Below are positions 17,890 to 24,000 of a stretch of 24,000 bases of DNA, piece by piece (position 1 is the first letter of the stretch; each line of letters starts with the position of its first letter). Source of the stretch: an uncultured Flavobacteriaceae bacterium. Its GTDB lineage: Bacteria; Bacteroidota; Bacteroidia; Flavobacteriales; Flavobacteriaceae. Both the position numbers and the translations under genes were made by a program. The stretch spans positions 3,037,343 to 3,061,342 of the forward strand of contig CALSTV010000001.1 in the NCBI GenBank assembly GCA_943789365.1. Reading direction: 5' to 3'. The notes under the pieces are model-generated. The model saw only the letters and a program-made list of their open reading frames with translations, did not search any database and was not told the DNA's origin.

Positions 17890-19083
17890 ATGAAATTTAA
17901 AAGGGCAGAATTGTTACATCGTGCAAAAGTGTTTTTATACAGCTTGATAGACATTGAGTACGAAGAAAAAACCATGCTGATTGAGGAAGTAGAAGAAGAA
18001 ATCTTACTTCCAGATGGGTATTTAGAACGCTTTTCAATTCATCCGCTAGAAAGTGCAGCACAACTGAAAGGGAGAGAAGAAGCACTAATAAACTTACAAA
18101 CCGCGTACGACAATTGGAAAATAACACATACGCCTCTTTTGGTTGTGGGTGATATAGGGGAGGGTACTAGTTCGTTGATGTATAGCAGTGCTTCTATCTA
18201 TGAAAATTTGAAGTTTGTTGATTCTAATACCGCAATTCATTCGGAAGAAAAGTTGGTCTCTTTATTGAAAAAGGCTTTTGATTTAGATCAGACATACCCA
18301 AATGTAAACGCAATTAAAGATGATCTGTTAACAAAAGATCAAAATTATGTGGTTGTGTTTGAGAATATTGAAAGAATGTTCCTGCGTGAAATTAATGGAT
18401 TTAGATTGATTGAGGAGTTTTTACTTTTCGTTCATAGAACCAAACTGCAAGTATATTGGATAGTGACAATCAATAAATACAGCAATTATTATTTGAGTAA
18501 TGTAAAACTGTTTTCGTCAAATTTTTCTTCAACAATTCGATTGGCGCCTTTGGCAAATGAGCTGTTGAGAAAGGAAATAATTGAAAGAAATGAAGGCTTT
18601 AAATTGGTCTATTTAAAACCTAGAAAATTGACCAAAAAATTCAATAAGCAATTAAAGAAAGCCGAAAAAGAAGAACGACAAGAACTGTTGCAAGCAGAAT
18701 TCGAGCGCTTGTTGTATTTATATGCTAAGGGAAATATTTCAAGAGCCATTAGTTTTGCCAAACTTTCAGCAATTCGTGTAAAAGATGATGTGATTTATTT
18801 AAAACCTTATCAACAAAAACCTATCGCTCATTTAACTTTGAACGAGTTGTTTTTGATAGAAGCATTGTTTCAGCATTCTAGATTGACCATATTGGAGTTC
18901 AATCGAATTCTTCGCAATACAAAGCGAGAAACTAGATTGGCAATTGAAAAATTACTTGAACAAAACCTCATCAATATTTATAGAGAAGATTTTGGACGCG
19001 TTGAATATGGTATAAACCTTGTCTATTTGGTGCCTCTTAAGCAGATGATACGCGAACGTTTGAATAGAAAATTTATGATATGA
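17890..19083 (+). CDS. Cdc6/ORC-like AAA+ fold protein with degenerate Walker A/B motifs and a C-terminal winged helix; function unknown
   Basis: 397 aa. GREEALINL...LLVVGDIGEGTSSL sits where GxxGxGK[ST] would be and has no Lys (18148-18174). YVVVFENIERMF replaces hhhhDE (18349-18366). IVTINKY is sensor-1-like, LAPLANELLRKEIIER is box-like, and AKGNISRAISFAKL resembles the GDAR lid/sensor-2. The C-terminal LTILEFNRILRNTKRETRLAIEKLLEQNLI is wHTH-like. The start lies 12 nt after the tfoX-like stop. Confidence 0.55.
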   Translation: MKFKRAELLHRAKVFLYSLIDIEYEEKTMLIEEVEEEILLPDGYLERFSIHPLESAAQLKGREEALINLQTAYDNWKITHTPLLVVGDIGEGTSSLMYSSASIYENLKFVDSNTAIHSEEKLVSLLKKAFDLDQTYPNVNAIKDDLLTKDQNYVVVFENIERMFLREINGFRLIEEFLLFVHRTKLQVYWIVTINKYSNYYLSNVKLFSSNFSSTIRLAPLANELLRKEIIERNEGFKLVYLKPRKLTKKFNKQLKKAEKEERQELLQAEFERLLYLYAKGNISRAISFAKLSAIRVKDDVIYLKPYQQKPIAHLTLNELFLIEALFQHSRLTILEFNRILRNTKRETRLAIEKLLEQNLINIYREDFGRVEYGINLVYLVPLKQMIRERLNRKFMI

Positions 19084-19955
19084 GAAAAATTAGTTTACTT
19101 TTTGTAAGTGTATGCTTTATAAGTAGTGCATTTGCTCAAGATATGGAAGCCGTGTCAGACGTTAAAAACAACGTTTCTGAAACCCTAACAATTGCTACTG
19201 AAATTGTTTCATTTACTAAGGTTCTTACCATTGTAGTCGTATTAATATTGGTTTGGGGGTTCAACAAACTACTGAATTGGTTTTTTAGTAATTTGGTTAA
19301 AAATTTCAATCGCTATCGTCTAAAGATTTTGCGAATTCAACCCATGGTAAATGTGTTGATTTGGATTTTGGCTATTTATACATTGATACTTACCTTGTTC
19401 AAGCCTTCGGCAGAAACCGTATATGCCTTGATGGGGTCTTCTGCACTTGCTTTAGGATTTGCGATGCAAGACATTCTCAAAAATGTTTTTGGGGGACTTT
19501 TAATTATTATTGATAGACCGTTCCAAATTGGGGATAAAATTGATGTTTCCGGAAAATATGGCGAAGTCGTAAAAATTGGTATCCGTAGTACAATCATTAA
19601 CACAGCGGATGATAATTTAATTACCGTTCCAAATGGATCTATCATAAGTACCGGTATTTCTAATGCTAACTCTGGAGCCTTGGATTGTATGGTGGTCATA
19701 AAATTGTGGCTACCCATTAATATTGATGTAGAAAAGGTTCGTAAGATAGCTCATGAAGCAACCATTACCTCACGCTATTTAAACTACGACAGACCCGTAT
19801 CAATACTGTTTTTTGATCATTTTGATAACCAGTCCGCCACACGACTTGAGATTCAAGCCTATGTTTTGGATACACGATATGAACGAACCTTTGAAGGAGA
19901 TGTTACGGAAACAGCAAAAAAGGCATTCAGCTTAAGTGGAATTTATACAAACTAA
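19080..19955 (+). CDS. Small-conductance mechanosensitive channel family protein (MscS-like) with an N-terminal signal peptide
   Basis: 291 aa. Signal peptide MRKISLLFVSVCFISSAFA-QD, three TM helices, and the MscS pore/beta-domain signature GFAMQDILKNVFGGLLIIIDRPFQIGDKIDVSGKYGEVVKIGIRSTIINTADDNLITVPNG. The ATG overlaps the upstream stop (ATGA at 19080-19083). Confidence 0.88.
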   Translation: MRKISLLFVSVCFISSAFAQDMEAVSDVKNNVSETLTIATEIVSFTKVLTIVVVLILVWGFNKLLNWFFSNLVKNFNRYRLKILRIQPMVNVLIWILAIYTLILTLFKPSAETVYALMGSSALALGFAMQDILKNVFGGLLIIIDRPFQIGDKIDVSGKYGEVVKIGIRSTIINTADDNLITVPNGSIISTGISNANSGALDCMVVIKLWLPINIDVEKVRKIAHEATITSRYLNYDRPVSILFFDHFDNQSATRLEIQAYVLDTRYERTFEGDVTETAKKAFSLSGIYTN

Positions 19956-20075
19956 CAAATAGCCGAGAGCAAAGCAGTAAACAAGTGTTTTTTTTTGTTC
20001 AGAAAAATATTTTGGCTTGTAAGATTGTTACTGTTTCTAAGGAATTAGTACATTTACAAGATAGATACAAATCAA

Positions 20076-21428
20076 ATGAAGATACATTTTATAGCCATTG
20101 GTGGTGCAGCTATGCACAATCTTGCTATGGCATTGCACGAAAAAGGATATGAGGTAACTGGAAGTGATGATACCATTTTTGAACCCTCTAAATCACGTTT
20201 GGAAAAACGGGGATTGCTACCCATCGAATTTGGTTGGTTTCCAGAAAAAATCACACATAGTTTGGATGCCATTGTATTGGGGATGCATGCTAAGGCCAAC
20301 AATCCTGAATTGTTAAAGGCGAAAGAGCTCGGAGTAAAAATTTATTCCTATCCCGAATTTTTATACGAACAAGCAAAGGATAAAACGCGTGTAGTAATTG
20401 GCGGTTCTCATGGAAAAACAACCATTACTTCTATGATATTGCATGTGTTGAATTATTGCGAAATGGAAGTAGATTATATGGTAGGTGCCCAGTTAGAAGG
20501 CTTTGATACCATGGTACATTTAACTGAAGAAAATGAATTTATTATTTTAGAAGGTGATGAATATTTGTCATCTCCAATAGATTTGCGCCCTAAATTTCAT
20601 TTGTATAAACCCAATATTGCTTTGTTAAGTGGTATTGCATGGGATCATATCAATGTATTCCCAACATTTGAAAATTACAAAGATCAGTTTCGAATTTTTA
20701 CAGATTCATTGACCAACGGAGGTATTATGGTCTATAATGAAGAGGATCCTGAGGTTAAGAGTGTAGTAGAAGAAAGTACGCATACAATTAAACGATATCC
20801 GTACGCGACACCAAAATACCATATAAACAACGGTACAACCTATTTAGATACGCCAGATGGTGACATGCCACTAGAAATATTTGGAGATCACAACTTGCAG
20901 AATTTAGCAGGAGCCAAATGGATTTGCCAACATATTGGCATTGACGAAGAAGCGTTTTATGAGGCCATTGCAAGTTTTTCAGGTGCGAGTAAACGTTTAG
21001 AGAAAATAGCAGAAACACCAAATTCAGTTGTTTTTAAAGATTTCGCACATTCACCTTCAAAAGTAAAAGCGACCACTACAGCAGTGAAAAATCAATATTC
21101 GGAAAGAACGGTGCTCGCTTGTTTGGAATTACATACCTATAGCAGTTTGAATGCGGAGTTTTTACAAGAATATAAGGGAGCTTTGGACACGGCAGATAAA
21201 GCTGTTGTCTTTTACTCTCCAAATGCAGTTGCTATCAAACAATTGGAAGAGGTTTCTGGTGAACAGATAAAAAATGCCTTTCAGCGAGAAGATTTAATTG
21301 TATACACAGATCCCTCAGAATTTAAGGAATTCTTGTTTGCTCAAAATTTTGCCAATTCAGCTTTGCTTTTGATGAGTTCAGGGAATTATGGAGGACTCGA
21401 TTTTGAGGAGTTAAAAACGAGGTTGTAA
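20076..21428 (+). CDS. mpl: UDP-N-acetylmuramate:L-alanyl-gamma-D-glutamyl-meso-diaminopimelate ligase (Mpl-type Mur ligase)
   Basis: 450 aa. N-terminal Rossmann region IHFIAIGGAAMHNLAMALHEKGYEVTGSD, P-loop GSHGKTTITSM, EGDEY and AWDHINVF. Colinear with the Mpl/MurC family and closest to Mpl in its N-terminal layout. Confidence 0.82.
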   Translation: MKIHFIAIGGAAMHNLAMALHEKGYEVTGSDDTIFEPSKSRLEKRGLLPIEFGWFPEKITHSLDAIVLGMHAKANNPELLKAKELGVKIYSYPEFLYEQAKDKTRVVIGGSHGKTTITSMILHVLNYCEMEVDYMVGAQLEGFDTMVHLTEENEFIILEGDEYLSSPIDLRPKFHLYKPNIALLSGIAWDHINVFPTFENYKDQFRIFTDSLTNGGIMVYNEEDPEVKSVVEESTHTIKRYPYATPKYHINNGTTYLDTPDGDMPLEIFGDHNLQNLAGAKWICQHIGIDEEAFYEAIASFSGASKRLEKIAETPNSVVFKDFAHSPSKVKATTTAVKNQYSERTVLACLELHTYSSLNAEFLQEYKGALDTADKAVVFYSPNAVAIKQLEEVSGEQIKNAFQREDLIVYTDPSEFKEFLFAQNFANSALLLMSSGNYGGLDFEELKTRL

Positions 21429-21447
21429 GAATTTTGTAGGTGAAGTT

Positions 21448-23367
21448 ATGAATGTACGTACTTACTTTTTGTGTCTTTTTTTTCTGTCTATTTCCGTTTT
21501 TTCTCAAAAAAACACCACAGCAACTGAACAAGACATCGCCAGGGCGGGAGTACTCAAAGTACAATATCCAACGCAAGAAGTCATAGTCGAGGATAGTTTG
21601 GATGACGTGAAGTTTGGTTTCGATTCAGAAACGGCATGTGTGACCGTGTCCGAAAAACGTTCCAATAGGTTTTTGAGCTTGGCAGATGGGTGTCAATTTC
21701 AAGATTATGAGTTTTACGACGCACAATCTGAAATAACTTCTTTTAAAGTAATGTACAAGAATTACAAAAAGAAACGTGTAAACGTTGGTGATTCCTACTA
21801 TAAAGATGAAGAACTCTTTCATAACGATGTTCGTGTAAAGTATACAAACTTGTATTTCCCCAACAAAGGATATCAATTGATAGCCGTAAAAGAGATTCAG
21901 TATAAGGACATAAAATACTTTCACCAACTTTATTTCAATCAATTTGCACCGGTTTCCCATAAAAAAATTCGTTTTGAAATACCCCATTGGTTAGAAGTTG
22001 AGTTGAAAGAAATGAACTTTGAAAATCAAAGAATACGAAAAGAAATTCAAGAAACCGAAACCAGCAAAATTTACACCTATACATTGGATAGTATCTCGGA
22101 GTTTTCTAATGAGAAAAATGTTCCTGGAGCTACCTACATATATCCACACATATTGTTGCTTCCAAAAGCGTATTCGAGAAATGGCGTTCGTACAGTGCTC
22201 TTTGAAGAACTGGACGATTTGTATACGTGGTATCGGTCTATTGTGAATCGCATGGACGATCCTAGAAAAAGTTATGTAGTAAAAACGCATGAGTTGATTG
22301 CAAATGCTAGGACAGATGAAGACAAAATAAAGGCTATATATTATTGGGTGCAAGACAATATTCGTTACATCGCTTTTGAAGATGGTATTGCGGGTTTTCA
22401 GCCTGATGAGGCGAGCAATGTATTCGATAAAAAGTATGGAGATTGTAAGGGAATGGCTAATTTAACCAAGCAAATGTTAAAGACGGCGGGCTTTGATGCA
22501 CGGCTAACTTGGATAGGAACCAACAGAATTGCGTATGATTATTCGACCCCTTGTTTGGCGGTAGACAATCATATGATATGTACACTTGTACGAAATAATC
22601 AGTATTATTATTTGGACGCAACAGAAGGCTATAATGCATTTGGACATTATGGAGAACGCATTCAAGGGAGGCAAGTCTTGATTGAAAATGGAGAAAATTT
22701 TATTCTGGAACGCGTACCTGCTACCGCTGTGAATAAAAATTTGAGAGAAACGGTACATCAGCTGGTTGTTCAAAAAGATGATTTGATTGGCAGCGTTAAA
22801 AAGAAGGTGACCGGAGCAGAAAAGACAGATTTGTTTCACTATGCGGAGTACATTGCAGCGACAAACAGACAAGAATTTTTAGAAATGTATTTGATTGGAG
22901 ATCCGTTGGTGTCACATGTTTCGAATCTTCAATACAGTGATTTGTATGAAAAAGAAGGAGCTATGTCGATGACTGCTGATGTGAAGTACAAAAATAAGGT
23001 CTCCTTCTTTGAGGATACCTTTTATATTGATCTCAATATAGAAAAAGAATTTTCTATGTTGGAGTTGGGTGATCGAAAGGTGCCCTATCAATTTGGACAT
23101 GCATATGTGTCTAAAACGCGAACAGAACTGAGCTTGCCAAAAGGCTATGTTCCTGAGTCATTGCCCGAGGATATTTCAGTTGAGCATAAAAAGTTTTCTT
23201 TTGATTTGCATTTTTTTCAGACCAATGACAAGGTTGTTTATGAATGTATAGTGATCGTGAAAGAAGGGAGGATTGGAGTAGAAGACTTTTCCATATGGAA
23301 TGGTGCTGTCAAGGAAATAAAAAAGAAATATGAAGAGCAATTGATTGTCAGAAAAGAGAAGTTATGA
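21448..23367 (+). CDS. DUF3857 domain / transglutaminase-like cysteine peptidase-fold protein, secreted
   Basis: 639 aa with signal peptide MNVRTYFLCLFFLSISVFSQ. The transglutaminase-core triad is in the expected order: Cys333 in YGDCKGMANL (22444-22446), His375 in VDNHMI (22570-22572) and Asp390 in YYLDAT (22615-22617). The flanking N- and C-terminal beta-rich regions are as in DUF3857/DUF3858 proteins. Confidence 0.78.
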   Translation: MNVRTYFLCLFFLSISVFSQKNTTATEQDIARAGVLKVQYPTQEVIVEDSLDDVKFGFDSETACVTVSEKRSNRFLSLADGCQFQDYEFYDAQSEITSFKVMYKNYKKKRVNVGDSYYKDEELFHNDVRVKYTNLYFPNKGYQLIAVKEIQYKDIKYFHQLYFNQFAPVSHKKIRFEIPHWLEVELKEMNFENQRIRKEIQETETSKIYTYTLDSISEFSNEKNVPGATYIYPHILLLPKAYSRNGVRTVLFEELDDLYTWYRSIVNRMDDPRKSYVVKTHELIANARTDEDKIKAIYYWVQDNIRYIAFEDGIAGFQPDEASNVFDKKYGDCKGMANLTKQMLKTAGFDARLTWIGTNRIAYDYSTPCLAVDNHMICTLVRNNQYYYLDATEGYNAFGHYGERIQGRQVLIENGENFILERVPATAVNKNLRETVHQLVVQKDDLIGSVKKKVTGAEKTDLFHYAEYIAATNRQEFLEMYLIGDPLVSHVSNLQYSDLYEKEGAMSMTADVKYKNKVSFFEDTFYIDLNIEKEFSMLELGDRKVPYQFGHAYVSKTRTELSLPKGYVPESLPEDISVEHKKFSFDLHFFQTNDKVVYECIVIVKEGRIGVEDFSIWNGAVKEIKKKYEEQLIVRKEKL

Positions 23368-24000
23368 AAAATTATAGTTTGATTTTAATCGGATGGTTTA
23401 CCTGTCTGATGGCTGCTGGGCAAAGTAAATACGAGCGAGAAGCACGTGAGTTGTTCTGGGGGGCGAGTGATACACAGAAAAACAATGTGGAGGTACCAGC
23501 AATGTGGAGCAACGAATCAGCCGTCATTTTGTATAAAAATGACTATTTCTATTTTCAAAAATCGGGTAAAAAAGTAAAGTATAGAACCGCTACGAGAAGA
23601 CGGATAAAATTACTGGACAAGGTCAGTGTTTTGGAGTTTTCGGAGTTTGCATATCAAAAAGAGTTTTATTCTAGCAAGGGAAGCCCTAGCTTGTTTCAGA
23701 AAAAGGGAGAAACTGTTTTCGCTGTTAAGATTGTCAAGAGTGATGGAAAGGAAATAGAAGTTGATGTAAAAAAAGAAGCTGTGGTTGTCGATGGGGAAAC
23801 CAAGATCGCCATTTCGAATTTAGAGATCGGTGATGTCATCGACTATTTTATATATGTAGTTGAGCCTTTTTCTTCAAAAGACGCGTTTGGTTTTGAGCCT
23901 GTGGAAACGGTTATTTCTCAACTGTATCCGATTGTTAGTTTTAAACTTTCATTAAAAACAGAAAAAGACTTTTTTGTAAACTTTAATTCTTTGAATGGAG
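23364..24000 (+). CDS. DUF3857-like secreted protein, N-terminal part (runs off the window)
   Basis: Not in the ORF track because there is no stop. The ATG at 23364 overlaps the upstream stop (ATGA) and the frame is open for 212 codons to the window end. Signal peptide MKNYSLILIGWFTCLMAAGQ. The body (..ILYKNDYFYF.., ..ISNLEIGDVIDYFIY..) resembles DUF3857 N-terminal domains. Confidence 0.62.
   Translation, partial: MKNYSLILIGWFTCLMAAGQSKYEREARELFWGASDTQKNNVEVPAMWSNESAVILYKNDYFYFQKSGKKVKYRTATRRRIKLLDKVSVLEFSEFAYQKEFYSSKGSPSLFQKKGETVFAVKIVKSDGKEIEVDVKKEAVVVDGETKIAISNLEIGDVIDYFIYVVEPFSSKDAFGFEPVETVISQLYPIVSFKLSLKTEKDFFVNFNSLNG

Noticed and set aside
21625-22872. Three consecutive minus-strand ORFs of 120, 120 and 122 aa antisense to the DUF3857/transglutaminase gene, which might suggest a hidden opposite-strand gene set.
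   Set aside because: The plus-strand frame carries a signal peptide and an ordered Cys-His-Asp core. The antisense products are Ile/Phe/Asn-rich with no motifs, and the near-equal lengths appear coincidental.

Overview
Low-GC, almost fully coding chromosomal window that looks like Bacteroidota, probably Flavobacteriaceae. Supporting signs are gldC, DUF3857/transglutaminase proteins, a four-helix-bundle gene remnant, and TAnnTTTG -7 promoter boxes in place of Shine-Dalgarno sites. Bases 1-15000 are mainly minus-strand housekeeping genes: a window-truncated M57 HEIGH metallopeptidase lipoprotein, an MsbA-type ABC exporter, a phosphohexomutase, a GT2 glycosyltransferase with a DUF4199 membrane protein, gldC (plus strand), rlmD, and a seven-gene thiamine operon (thiS-thiC-thiE/tenI-like-thiD-thiE-thiG-thiH) behind a clear TPP riboswitch. 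Bases 15260-24000 are all plus strand: an M28 peptidase, a polytopic membrane protein of unknown function, a TfoX-N protein, a Cdc6/ORC-like AAA+ protein with degenerate Walker motifs whose stop overlaps the start of a signal-peptide-bearing MscS-like channel, mpl, and two translationally coupled DUF3857/transglutaminase-like proteins. I found no rRNA, tRNA, CRISPR array, IS element or integrase. Two things deserve a second look. (1) An inverted-repeat-bounded, IVS-like cassette carrying a decayed four-helix-bundle (23S rRNA intervening-sequence protein family) gene sits inside the thi operon between thiD and thiE, has rewritten the ThiD C-terminus, and has related short repeats at other thi junctions. 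(2) The TfoX / degenerate AAA+-winged-helix / MscS-like cluster. Neither is demonstrably a new system from sequence alone; the rest of the window is ordinary.
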